Positions 52,030 to 64,000 of a DNA stretch of 64,000 bases are shown here, piece after piece. This stretch comes from Harriotta raleighana (lineage: Eukaryota), in contig JBNZDD010013629.1 in assembly GCA_050575255.1 (NCBI GenBank), positions 722,877-786,876 of the forward strand. The letters run 5' to 3'. Below the pieces are notes generated by a model. It was given only the letters and a program-made list of their open reading frames with translations. It had not been told where the DNA came from and searched no databases. Each line of letters starts with the position of its first letter. The stretch's first letter is position 1. A program made the position numbers and the translations under genes.

Positions 52030-52256
52030 CAGTCAGGCTTTTAGCCTCTCTGCTCCTAACGTTGGAACTCCATCCCACATTCCCTTTGCTTCGCTCCCTC
52101 CCTCCCTTCCTTCACGGTGCGTCTCAAGCTCTTATTTTATGATGTGCCTTTGGACACCCTTTCAACCCTCCTTGCCGTCCACTCTCCCTTATTCCAACCC
52201 CCTCCCATCAGGTCCAAATCCCTGATCGTCCAGCGCCTTGGGATGTTCTCCTGACA
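52030..52256 (+). mobile_element. Degraded L2 3' fragment about 25 bp from the ADAMTS8 exon-6 donor
   Basis: ggaactccatcccacattccc... followed by the tail gtccagcgccttgggatgttctcctgac. Confidence 0.7.
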
Positions 52257-52280
52257 CTAATGTCCTCCTAATTCATTTAC

Positions 52281-52467
52281 CAGTAGTACGGGGACATTCT
52301 TGAATATTGCAGGACTGGTACTGGGTTCTTTGGCCTTCACAGTATTTCCCGCCATTCTGAGGCACCGGATCGTTGCACTCTCTAAATGAGAACTGTACGC
52401 CACCCCCACATGTTCTTGAACATTCTCCCCAGGGACTCCACGACCCCCAGTTTCCTTCGACAACAGT
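52281..52467 (-). CDS. ADAMTS8: ADAMTS8 exon 6 (central thrombospondin type 1 repeat)
   Basis: [62 protein letters not shown](G), 187 nt. Acceptor ctctctttgcag, donor G|GTAAAT. Confidence 0.95.
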
Positions 52468-53353
52468 CTGCAAAGAGAGAACGCGAATCCCACATGAGTC
52501 ATGAAGTCGCCCGGATGTCTGAGCAAGTTTACTGGGAGCAGTCGTCACGCCTGAAAGAGGGCTACTCAACTGAAATAACTGTGCGAATATCGTCACAAGA
52601 GTTATAATGAGAATCCTTGCATTTGATACAGTTCATCATAAAATATGTAAACTATGCAGTCAATTCACTCTATGGTATATTCTGTGAAGCACTTTGAGGC
52701 ATCTCGAAGACATGCTAAGGCTCAATATCAAATATAGTCGTTGAAAAGTCTCAATGAGCTTCACATGATTTGCTATGAACTGGAATAGATTGTAGCTGTA
52801 AAGGAATGTGGCAGCCAATTTGGGCGCAGTAATGTCCCCACAAATAGCGTTGATGTTAGTGTTAAGAGTTAATGTGTAGCTATATGTAAGAATCCTCCTT
52901 ACTATATGTAAGGAGAAAGGCTGCTCCTTATCAAAATGATTACTGCTGTTACTAAACAAGCAGGTAGGAAAGATGTGTATTTCTTAACAGGATTTATTAA
53001 TAAGGAATCCAAGATATAGGAAAAGGGATTCCTCTGAGTAACAAGGCCAAATATTCACAGTTACTACAATTGATAGTAAATTCCTGTACGAGCTTACAAA
53101 ACATGATGAGGTACGATATCACATGCAAGCATTATTATCATTTGAACAAATGCAGATTTGAGATCAGTTCCTTCCAGATGCCTCATAGTCTACACAGTAA
53201 ACGGATACAATGACAGCAACTAACACACACAGATTGCTAAAACCACACAGTTTCAGGCCTGTGTAGAATCCAATTTAAACAATATGTAATGGACCCCGAT
53301 GTATAGAGCAACATGGAACAACGGTAACGATCCCAATCTCAGATAAAGAACTA

Positions 53354-53445
53354 TTGAACATTCTCCCCAGGGACTCCACGACCCCCAGTTTCCTTCGACA
53401 ACAGTCTGCAAAGAGAGAACGCGAATCCCACATGAGTCATGAAGT
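53354..53445 (-). repeat. Perfect 92-bp duplicate of the ADAMTS8 intron-5/exon-6 junction (copy of 52416-52507)
   Basis: Base-for-base identical by eye: 40 nt of intron including the acceptor plus the first 52 nt of exon 6. Confidence 0.93.
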
Positions 53446-53597
53446 ACGTTACCGTACTTTCGCAATTACCAATCGCCAGCAAAAAAAACGACACGGTGTC
53501 TAGACTTCACAGTCTGCCCTGCAAAACCTTCCCTCCCAACGGCATCAATGGCCAGAATTAATAGTAGTTAATATTATTAATGATTTACACACCTTAC

Positions 53598-53890
53598 CTT
53601 CGTGTTAGTTACCTCGGCCATGCTAAGACAGGCGCTGTCGAGGCAGATGGCCTTGTGCCCGCAGGGTGTCCCATCTGCCCAAGGGAGGCTTCCGTTCTTG
53701 GTGTGGCACATGGGTTGGTCATCGATCCTGCACCACAGGTGGGAGCAGACGTCGGAATCGGACGTGTTCGGACAATGATGAAACTCTTGCCCGAACGTCT
53801 GCCGGCATTGCTCGTCCAAGTTATAGGTCTGTCCAGGCAGCACAGTGGGTAAAGGGATGGTTTTAACAGGAGCATCGAGCAGGCAGTCAC
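53598..53890 (-). CDS. ADAMTS8: ADAMTS8 exon 5 (disintegrin-like domain)
   Basis: DCLLDAPVKTIPLPTVLPGQTYNLDEQCRQTFG...CHTKNGSLPWADGTPCG...EVTNTK. Acceptor ttgtccacag, donor AAG|GTAAGG. Confidence 0.94.
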
Positions 53891-55203
53891 CTGTGGACAA
53901 CGTCAGATCCAGTTTTATACACTTTACGCTCTCAGATCAACACCTGGTTAGGTTCGAGCCAAACCCTCACCAGCGGAAAATTATTCCTCACCAACAACTG
54001 TCCACATGCCTGATAATAACCCCTCACAAAAAAAAAACAATAAGAAATTGGTCACTTTAATCCGCGTCCGTTTGTGGGGGACGCCGCTGTGCGCAATTGA
54101 CTGCCACGTTTCGCTCACGCATATACAGTCAATTCACTTTATAATACATCCTGGGAAGCGCTTTGAGACATTTAGAAGACGTGAAAAGTGCAATATCAAA
54201 TGCAAGGATTAGTACTGTATTCATATTATTATTATTAACTGACCTCCGAAGGTGAAGAAAACTGCTGTGAAATCGGACAAACTACAGATAAAAAAAAAGG
54301 AACACTGTGGAGAAAAGGTGCAAAGTGTGTTCTTGTATTCTGTGCTAACTTTATTTGGGAGAAAGAATAACAAACCTCGTTCGAATGGAAGTTGGGAACT
54401 TTTTCCTGCTGAGCATTTGCTTACACATATCCCACGGTTAATCGTATGTGTGGCATTTGCGCTGAAAGTCATTTTTACAGGTGTTTCTGTTTTTTCTACG
54501 GCTCTAAGCTTCACTCCTCTGTTTGTTTTCATATTGTTTCCTTACTCTGTTTGGGATTTTCTTTCAAATTTGTCTCAGAGACTTTTGTCTTCCCAAAGTC
54601 GCAGATTTTAGTACACCTCGAATGAAATGTCCTTCTCTTCTCCGTACACACAGACACATCCTAGCAAAAAGATCTAAATGCCAAACTTAGGAATGCAAGG
54701 AGAGAAAAGACTAAGTGTGGTGTGATGTTATCATCCATATGATGGACTTACAACTTTGTTCAACACCATCTTTTTCTGATGTGTAAATCTCCCGAACTTT
54801 TATCGACTCGGTCACAGTGAACTTGCCATTGTAATTAAGAGCAACAACAACTTGTATTTATATAGCACCCCTCATGTAGGGTAGAGTGCCAGAGCTTTCA
54901 CTACCTGAATGAAACTCGTGGCTGTTTTGGGGGCGGGCTAGAGTTTGGGGGTCAGTTGCAAAATCAATCCGGGGTATTCGCTCCAATTTCAAATCAGTTT
55001 CACAAATTCGAGTGTGGTTTGCGTAACCAAGTAATAAATTGGTTGGTAAAGACCCGACTGACGACAGCGCTCCAAACAGTAGTGGTCCACGTTTAAAAAT
55101 TCCCTTAAAAATCCCAGGCAAAAGTTTGATAAACCCTGGAGAAAAGAAAAGAGAAATTCAAGAGAAATGTTGAGCTTGGCTTCGTGCGTTGTGACTGACG
55201 TAC

Positions 55204-55371
55204 CATGTCCGTTGTCAAAGAATTCTGTGATGTAGAAAGCGCTGCAAGGAGACCAGGGCAATGTTCTGTTGAGACCCGTGAATATGGGAGTCATCACATG
55301 CTTCTTCTCAATGTGACCAAATAACTTGTCGCAAGTCTTTGAGTCGTCGTGTGGCATGCTCAACTCGTGTC
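55204..55371 (-). CDS. ADAMTS8: ADAMTS8 exon 4 (end of zinc-binding motif and Met-turn)
   Basis: HELSMPHDDSKTCDKLFGHIEKKHVMTPIF...WSPCSAFYITEFFDNGH(G). LSMPHDDSK is ADAMTS8-type (ADAMTS1/15 have FNMPHD). 168 nt, AG/GT bounded. Confidence 0.93.
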
Positions 55372-56267
55372 CTGTAAATAAATGGGAGCAAGAGGAGCGT
55401 TAATCGGCGACGACGATGACGACAACAACAACAACAACTCCGACTGCCTTAGAAATGCAAATAACCCAAATCGCTCAATCCACGGCTGTTTGTGGGACGT
55501 TGCTGTGCACAATTGGCTGCCGCGTTTCGCCCATAAAATATACAGTCAATTTACTTTTTTTTTTACAGCATATTCTATAAAGCGCTTTGAGACGTCTCAA
55601 AGACTTGATAAGGCTCTAAATCAAATGCAGGGATTATTATTTATGTAGCGCCCTTCACGCCGGACGGCATCTCGGAGTAATCGTGTTCAAGATTCAAAAC
55701 TAGGCAGAGTGAAATAATACTCCTGTTAAACATCACACCATCAAACTGAGCACAGCAAAACATTCTATGATACCATCACTCAATATATCTGTTGAAAGGT
55801 TGATTGCTTTGATTCAATGGATCTTGATTTCTCCTTCATTGCAGCTCCACGTACCCAATGATCGAAACAAACTGCATTTCAAAAAAGAATTTGTGGCAAT
55901 TTGCGGGCGAGATTTAAAGCTAACTCGTTCATTTACTGTTCGAGGGTTTCGGTATCGAGTACAATTTACATTTTATATCAGCATCACTCACATCGGGAGG
56001 ATGTCCTACCCCGACCCCTCCCCTTGCCATCTTTCCCCCCTTTCTCCCCTAACCCCACTTCCTTGACTGTTGTGGGACACTGCTGTGTGCAATTTGGTTG
56101 CTGTGATCGCACCCACAAATATACAGTCAATTTTTCCCCCGACCCCTCCCCACCCCTGCTCTGATCCCTACTTGACTGTACTTGATGTCCTCCCGACGTG
56201 AAAGGCGCTATATAAATATAATTTGGATTGATTGATTGATTTCTCAAATTGCTTGTTTACTAATTAC

Positions 56268-56480
56268 TCCTTTGGACGAGATGTTAAACCAAGTCTGCCT
56301 GTTCAGATGAACGATAAAAGATGCTGTGACACTATCCGAAAGAAAAAGGGAGTTTTTCCCATTGCCCTGGCCACCAATCTCCCCACCAGATAAAATGAAT
56401 GATTCACTTCATGGCCGTTTGTGGGACAACTGACTGCCCCTTTCACCCAGAAAACACACAGTCAATTCAGTTTATGGCAG
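56268..56480 (+). mobile_element. Old DeuSINE-like fragment
   Basis: cctttggacgagatgttaaacc...tctgcctgttcagatg...aaaagatgctgtgacactat...ccctggcca. Confidence 0.6.
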
Positions 56481-57175
56481 CTTCAACAACAGTGGATTCC
56501 TCCAGTACTTTGATGAGTTGTCAGCCTAGAATGCGAAGTCAAAGTCCCATGTGGAACTGGAAACCACAGCACTGTTTAGACAGAGGCAAGAGTGCTACCA
56601 ACGGAGCCAGACTGAGAGCAGATAAGGAAGGAATAAGGCATCCCAAGAAAACAAATCATTTCTTTTTAAATTTCCCCACCGTATAGATTCGGTGCGCCAG
56701 CAATAATAGTGAAATAGATCATTCAAATCCCAGTGCAAACACATTCCACGGCCATTGGTGATTTATGACCGAGGGCAATGAATATTGCCAATCATGCAAA
56801 CATCGCTCAATTTCTTCACATGTCCCTTAGAAAAGAACCCCGCCAATTTTTAGTAAAGTGAAACAATGTAAAAAAAAGTGACTCAGTAACAAGCTATGTG
56901 AATAAATAGACTTGGGATTTAATTAACTCAGATTGACCTGTAATAATAATAATACTCCTTGCATTTGATGTAGCGCTTTTCACATTTTATCGATGTCTCA
57001 AAGCGCATCCCAGAATGTATTGTTAAGTGAATTGACTGTATATTTGTGGGCAAAATTGCGCACAGNTGCATTTGATGTAGCGCTTTTCACATTTTATCGA
57101 TGTCTCAAAGCGCTTCCCAGAATGTACTGTTAAGTGAATTGACTGTATATTTGTGGGCAAAATTGCGCACATCAG

Positions 57176-57502
57176 TGTCCCAGCTCAGTGATTAGAACAC
57201 TGGCCTTGCTAGCGAAATCCTGGGTTTCATTCCAGGCAGGACAAACCCTTGAGTATGTTTTCTTACCCCACATGTGTGCTAATAATCCCTCAAGAAAACC
57301 AAACAATAATAAAATTGGTCGCTTCAATCCACGACTGTTTGTGGGACATTTCTGGGCGCAAATGGCTGCCAAGTTCCGTCCACGAATGTACAGGCAATTC
57401 ACTTTACAGTTCTGTGAAGCACATATTCTGTGAAGCACTTTGAGATGTCTATAAGGCGTGAAAAGCACAATAGCAAATGCAAGGATTCTTCTTATTATTA
57501 TT
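57176..57502 (+). mobile_element. tRNA-derived SINE, preceded by antisense SINE tails at 56941-57175
   Basis: agctcagtgattagaacac head, body, and tail aaatgcaaggatt. Confidence 0.8.
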
Positions 57503-58529
57503 GTCCACTTTTTCCGCTAAATCGTCGATAAAAACCCTAATCCCAATTGGTTCTAAGTTAAGTATCAATTGTCTTTAGGTGAGACAAATTACGCTTCTAC
57601 CAGAATAGATCGCACTTTCACATTTCATAGTATTAATGTCTTTTTTTTAAAAAAGTTTTTATTTCTGAATCTGGTGATTTCCTGGTATCATGATACGTTA
57701 ATTAGATTAAAGTATTGCTGGAGCCTTTGGGCTTTGTGTGATTTGCAGAGTGGGATTTTGCCAACATTTCTGCTGAGCGAAATGTTAAGAGAGGGTTATG
57801 GAAAAAGAGCGTATAGGCTGGAGTGGAGGAACATGTGGAAGCCTTCTGCAAAAAGATAAAGGAAAGAAATCTGGTAAACAGTTTAAGGTGTCCAATGAGA
57901 GTGGAAGGTCGCCAAACTTTTGCTAAGCAAAGCTTTTTAAGTGCGTAACTTTGAGAAGGGCGAGCACAACAAGTCCTTTCTCGAGTAAAAACAAGGAATG
58001 CTGAATTGCCCCCTCGCTTTGCGGGCTTTGGTTTAGAAAGTGTTGCCTTTTAGCCAACCCCGCCACACAAACAAGAAGCCTCGGAAATTAGAAAGAGGAG
58101 CTAGTGATGAGAACATTTTGCCAACACCTGGTCCCTTAACTGTTACCAGATGATGGGTGCAAGCAGTATTGTAGCGGAGGGAAACCTGGGTTGCTACGGT
58201 AATTGTAGAGTAATCCCATTATACTTCCCTTTGATATAGTGTTGGCTCGTTTAGATCATACACTCAACTCACTGGAACCACAGTAACATTCTTCTCCCAC
58301 TGCTGGCTTTCAGGGCTAAAACGAAAATAGCCAATTTCTAGCTGATAACATGGTCAGTGAAACATTAGTCTCTGCTACAACAAGGTCTTCCTGTTGGTTC
58401 TACTGTCAAATGGACGTTTCATATCAAACCCATTAAAACCCTTGACTGTCCAGTGCCTTCGGATATCCTCCCGACGTGAAAGGCACTCTATCAATGTAAT
58501 TTTGTTTGTTGTTATTGTCGTTGTTGTTA

Positions 58530-59072
58530 GAATCATAGAATTTTACGGCACAAAAAGGAGGCTATTCGGCCCATCTACTCTGTGGCTCTTTGAAAAGAGC
58601 AACTCAATCCCACTGCCCAGCTTTCTCTCTCCCCATAACCTAACAGACCCGTTAGGTTATGGGGAGAGAGAAATGNAACTCAATCCCACTGCCCAGCTTT
58701 CTCTCTCCCCATAACCTAACAGACCCGTTGGGTTATGGGGAGAGAGAAATGAAGATTGAATTCTCTTTTAAAAGCTGCTATCGAATCGGCCTCCACCACC
58801 CTTTCAGGCAATGCACACCAGATTCGAACAACACGTTGAGTGAAAAAAATTCTCCTCAGCTCCCCTCTGACCACGAGTCACAGATTTTAAATAAAATCTT
58901 GAAAATTCAAATTTAACGCTCACCAGTGGAAACAGTTTTTCCTTATTCACCCTGTCGAATCCCCTCATGATTTTATAAACCTCTATTATGTCTCCTCTCA
59001 ACCTTCTCTGTTCCAAAGAGAATAAAAGCTAACCTATCTAGCCTTTCCCCATAACTGAAGTCCCTCAATCCT
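58530..59072 (-). mobile_element. CR1-clade LINE 3' fragment
   Basis: ORF LEQRRLRGDIIEVYKIMRGFDRVNKEKLFPLV and a CR1-type end (…ttctatgattct). Confidence 0.85.
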
Positions 59073-59622
59073 GTTGTGTGATGTCTTCACACTCATCACC
59101 TGATTCTCACCCAAAGAACAACAACAACATTACATTTGTATAGTGCCTTTCACGTTGGGAGGATATCCCAAGGCACTGGACAGTCAAGAGTTTTTGAGGG
59201 TTTAAACCCGAGAAGCACAGTTTACAGTCACCCATGAAAATCATCAATTTACAAAAAAAACTCTCTATTAATCAAGGCTTGTTATCCCTGCTTAGAAAAA
59301 TTGAATTGCTTGGTCAATCTCTCCCTAACCAGGTTCGGGGATGAAATTCATGTCTACTCTGAGAACTGTTCTGCTGCGATCCTTTATTTCGCCTTGTAGT
59401 TCCAACCATCCTTTACGTCTAACCTGGTTTTATTTCCTGAGGCAAATCAATGCTGTTTGTGATTCGTAAACTTCGAGCAAGATCTCACAGGAAATCACCA
59501 GCCACCAACTACAGATGCTTAGGGAAGATATTTTTCATAAGAAGTAGATCTCGCAATTGTGAATCGGTCGAGATTGCAGTCGGGATTTTACTATCCGACC
59601 TTTAACGACATCTTTAATGTGC

Positions 59623-59945
59623 AGTCCTGTATCTCAGTGGTTAGAGTACTCGCTTTGTGAGCCAGAAACCTGGGTTCGATTCCCGGCAGGGTGAAAGTTT
59701 GTGCAAGTTTCCTTACTCCATGTGCCTCTATTTACCTAGCAGTGGGTAGGATCTAGTTGTTAGACGATTTTCCAGAGTTTATAATTTCACTTCAATCTAT
59801 GAATGTTTGTGGGACACTGCTGTGCACAATTGACTGCCGCGTTTGGCCCACAAAATATACAATCAATTTACTCAACAGAGTATACTGTAAAGCGCTTTTG
59901 AGACGTCTCGAAGGCATGATCAACCCAAGGATAATTATTATTATA
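59623..59945 (+). mobile_element. tRNA-derived SINE, variant central region
   Basis: ctcagtggttagagtac...ggttcgattcccggc head; after ccttactcca it continues tgtgcctctatttacctagcagt instead of the usual segment. Confidence 0.8.
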
Positions 59946-60804
59946 ATAGAAATGCCAAAGTGAATTTCAATCCTCTGAACGTTTGAGGAGCACTTTTTGC
60001 AGCAAGAAGATTTCAACTTGTTCCTTCGCTTCCACTGGGGAACACAGTGCATTCGACGAGGACAAGAGTGTACAAACAAAACAATTTTCAGTTCCCCGTC
60101 CAGGAAATAATTGTCCAATAATTGCTTGCACATGGGAAGTGGCAGGTGACAGGGCTGGATGGAAAAAATAAGCCATTCTTCCTAACCAGACTGACTTCAC
60201 TAGATCATTTGCCAATACATTCATTTCCAGCCACAGCCCTGTCTCTAGCCCTTGTCTCTACTTCCCAAAGGGACACGGCTGAGGATTGCTCTCCGCATGG
60301 ATAATGTGTCGCCTTATCACACTGGGAGAAAGTCTCAAAGCACTCCACGGGATTTACCGCAAGGCGGAGTGACTGTGTATTCTAGGCGATCCACACGCAG
60401 CAATATGCCGCGGATCGCCTTGAAGAGAGTGGCTGATTTTATTTGGAGGAAATGTTGGCCAGGAACTGGGAGAAACGCTCGGACCAGGCACACAGGACTG
60501 AGAATAGCAATTGAACACACAGTACCCCTATTCCATATGTATAATTCACGTAAAAATGCACAGTCACTGCACTTCACAGTGACATGTTGTTAAGCTGTTT
60601 GAGGTGTCCACTCACCAAAAGATACACACCCTCATTATAATAATAATACTCCTCGCATTTGATATAGAATCTTATCACGTCTTTGAGAGCATATACTGTA
60701 AAGTGAATTGACTGTATAATCCCGATTGCACACAGCAGTCGTGTCCCACAAACAGCCCCGGATTGAAACGACCAAGTTATTTTTTTATCTAAAGGTTTCC
60801 GTAC

Positions 60805-60937
60805 CCAGCTCGTGCGCTGTAGTGTAAGCGGCCTGGAGCCCATCGTCCTCGATAACCGCACAGCTCCGGCTTGTATCACACATAGTCCCGGTGTCCGCCA
60901 CTCCCAGGGTATCACAGCTCTGCTGGCCACATATGTT
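60805..60937 (-). CDS. ADAMTS8: ADAMTS8 exon 3 (metalloprotease domain, start of zinc-binding motif)
   Basis: [44 protein letters not shown](G), 133 nt. Acceptor ttccttcacag, donor G|GTACGG. Exon numbering follows the 9-exon ADAMTS1/8 structure. Confidence 0.93.
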
Positions 60938-63126
60938 CTGTGAAGGAAACGAGAGGCAATTGCTCAAAGCGTATTCTGACCCCGCGAGGCTAAACGCAAT
61001 CCAAGGCTTTCTTTCAATGTAGTCCCTCGCAGGTTTGGAAACTTCTCCCCTTCGTTCCACGCGAGCATTGAAATCAACCACGGAAGGTGTGAGAGCAAGA
61101 GAGCAAACCCGAGACTTGAGGTGTGCTCGGGCAAGGCATCAACAGTGCAACATTAACTGTGTTTTTTTTCTCCGATCGAAAACATTCTCTCTGTCCAGTG
61201 CCTTGGGACGTCCTTCCGATATGAAAGGCGCTATACAAATGGAATTTTATTGTTGTTGTTGTCTGCAACCAGACACCAAGTCCTGGATAATAATGACATA
61301 GTAATCCTAGTAGGGCCTGATCAAGACGCCCTAAAGCGCTTCGCAGAATATACTGTAAAGTGTAGTGGCTGTGTGTTCTGTGGCAGATGTTTTTTATTTG
61401 ACTGTTTATTGTATTTTGGGTGTTTTGACTGACTGACCAGTTTCCTCACCTTGAAATGCCTTGCCCCACTCTACCTCTCCCTCAAGTAACTCTGCTGGCC
61501 TCCTTCAAGTCACAACTGCCTGTCTTGTTCTTCCCACCATGAGCAGGAGTGCTTTCGGTCACTGTACCTTCAACCCTCTGGAACTCTCACAAAATCCCTC
61601 TGTTTCATCATCATCATCATCATCATCATCAGCTTAAGCCCTAACTGTTGCTGTTATAACGACCATAAAACTATAGTGACCCACTCTACTCCGACTCAAT
61701 CCCCTTCTTAAGCCTTTCGACAGAAATTCGAATGAGGAAATCCGTTAAGTGATGTGCAAACTAGATCCATTTCATAAATATGCTATGTCGACTGAAAAAT
61801 ATGTGTAAAACAAGGGAGCCTAAAGAAAAACATGGGGTTAATTTGTTTCAGCATTACTGCGGAAACTTACATTGGAATTCAGGTTTATACAGCATGATGT
61901 TTAAGTCAAACACTGCTTATTGACTGACGTATCCGTAAGAGAATTTTGTTATTACAGCATTGAGAAAGTTAGAACTAAATAGGGACTTGGCAAGGATTTG
62001 CTTACACATTATAAGACTGAGACCGACATGTGCAACCATATATGTAGTTTGCTGTATTAAAGGTTCTGGCAGAGCAGTTAAGACTTGTTCATACAAACAT
62101 CAGTCTTATCAGAGTCTTGTCTGATCAGTCCGATCTTCATTGAAACTAATTGCAATTCAACTGGGAGTATATCATAACAAAAAAAAATTCAAATAAGGGT
62201 TTATAACAAGAAGATTCTGTTGGAATAGGATTATAATTGAAAGGAAAAATATAGGCCAGGTTAAGGTTTATTTATGTTTAGGAAGTCTAGTTGTAAATAA
62301 AATACCGTAAGTATTTTTTTCAAACTTTACCTTAGTTATTAGACACCCTGTGAAAAACATGCACTAATTTTTCTCTGGATTACCAGTTTGGTTACACGAT
62401 TAACATTTCAAACGCCAGGCGATCTGCCGGGTTTTGCTTTGCGGAGTCTTTCCGGCACTTAAAGAAAGGGAGCTCATTCTCACACTCAGCACCTCGCTTT
62501 CCATCAGAGACTCATTAGAAAATGATCCCAAAGAGCCTAACTCTGGAGCGCGGCACCTAGAGGGAAATGTTGGTACAAACCCACAAAGTAACAGTTCCCA
62601 ACATTTGTCATCGCCCCCTAATGTTATGAAACCACTGATAAAACAGCGAAAGGGAGCAGTTGGAGGTTTTCTTGCCATCTGAACAGCGCCTGAGCAACAA
62701 CTGCCCCACTGACTCAAGCCTCTTTACTGCAAAGAACAAGCGTTGTGGTGGTGGAGATGCGAGGGGGAGAGTGGGGTGGGCGGGGGGTGGGGGGGGTGTG
62801 TGTGGAGAGGGAAGAACAGGTATGAGTGGTGGGAAGTTCATGATTTCTAGTGATTTTTCAAGGTCAAGGAGAAAGTATTTATACTGTGCCTTTATGTCAA
62901 AGCATCTCACTGAGCTTTACAACAGCGATTGCGAAGAATAAATGGGTGACCGGACACAAGACTCCAAATGCCACGAACGTTGATCTAGGGATTGACGGGG
63001 CAGGTCTCGGGAAGGGAAATCGTTTTGTCATCATCGAGGACATGCGCTGATCGTCAGACGCACTGATAATGATGATTATTCGGTTTACACCAGTTACAGG
63101 GTGTTAGGCGAGGAGGAGGCGTGGAG

Positions 63127-63445
63127 ATCCTGTAGCTCAGTGAGCAGAGCACTCGCCTTACAAGCACGAGACCCGTGTTCGAATTTAGGCAGGTCAGGGA
63201 AAAGCCTCGGGCAAGCTTCCTTACTCCACACGCCTAATAATATTCCCTCCAAAAACATCACAATCAAAAAAAAATTGGTCATTTCAATAAGTCACTGTTT
63301 GTGGGACAATGCTGTGTGCAATTGGCTGCCGCGTTTCGCCCACAAATATGCAGTCAATTCGCTTTACAGTATATTCTGTGAAGCGCTTTGAGACGTCGAT
63401 AAGATGTGGAAAGCGCTATATCAACACACAAGGATTATATTATAT
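63127..63445 (+). mobile_element. tRNA-derived SINE, full length
   Basis: tcctgtagctcagtgagcagagcactcgcc...gttcgaat head, body and tail. Confidence 0.9.
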
Positions 63446-64000
63446 ATAAAACAAACTTTGCGTTTAATATAGAACCTCGCCACGTCTACGTGCCAGAATG
63501 TATTGCACTGTAAAAGTGAATTGACTGTATGTTCTGTGGACGAAACGCGTAGTTCTCTGCGTCAATAGATATTTAATGGATTTTCCTTCTGCTGTTGCAA
63601 ATGACATGGCTTTTATTCAACATTTCTAAGCCGTTTGTGAGCTGAAGAGCAATGCTGTTCTGGTTGTGGGTCGAGGGAGAGCACTAACAGCCTGTGACTC
63701 ATCATTGTCACTGCCTCCAATTTCCCCCTCCTTCAATCCCTCCTGTTGATCAAATTGCGTCATTGCATGACGGCAACGAAATTTACATTCTCACAGCAGC
63801 TTTCGCACACAAGGAGAATGCTTTGAAATTGCTTCAAATTTCAAATTGTAGGGAGGGGTGGTGGGGGGAGACGAGGTGGAAGGGGTGGGAGTTGTGGGCA
63901 GGGAAGGGGTGGGAGTGGGGTGGGAGAGGCAGGCAGGGAAGGAGTGGGAGGAGAGAGGGAAAATAACTGAAAGTGCTTCCAAAAAAGGACTCCACAAATG

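Noticed and set aside
61000-64000. Search for ADAMTS8 exon 2
   Set aside because: No frame resembling the first half of the metalloprotease domain was found; the region is treated as intron 2.

Overview
Vertebrate (eukaryotic) genomic DNA. The repeat content (tRNA-headed/Deu-domain SINEs, L2 and CR1 LINE fragments) points to a cartilaginous fish, probably a chimaera; this is an inference. Two spliced genes lie on the minus strand in the same order as the human ZBTB44-ADAMTS8 pair. ZBTB44 is complete: five coding exons at 21095-32623 (1866 nt, 621 aa), a probable non-coding exon 1 and GC-rich promoter near 38.2-38.8 kb, and a probable ~3.8 kb 3'UTR. ADAMTS8 is present from exon 3 to exon 9 (47741-60937); its 5' exons lie beyond the window. 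The rest is SINEs, LINE 3' fragments, TA-flanked Tigger-like MITEs, microsatellites, four N gaps and several unmerged-overlap assembly artefacts. I found no new multi-gene system. The best leads are: (1) a perfect 92-bp duplication of the ADAMTS8 exon-6 splice acceptor that creates a candidate alternative terminal exon with a hydrophobic tail; (2) three copies of one MITE inside ZBTB44 arranged for competing long RNA duplexes; (3) an unusual Glu in the ADAMTS8 zinc-binding motif; (4) an extra C-terminal TSR relative to mammalian ADAMTS8.
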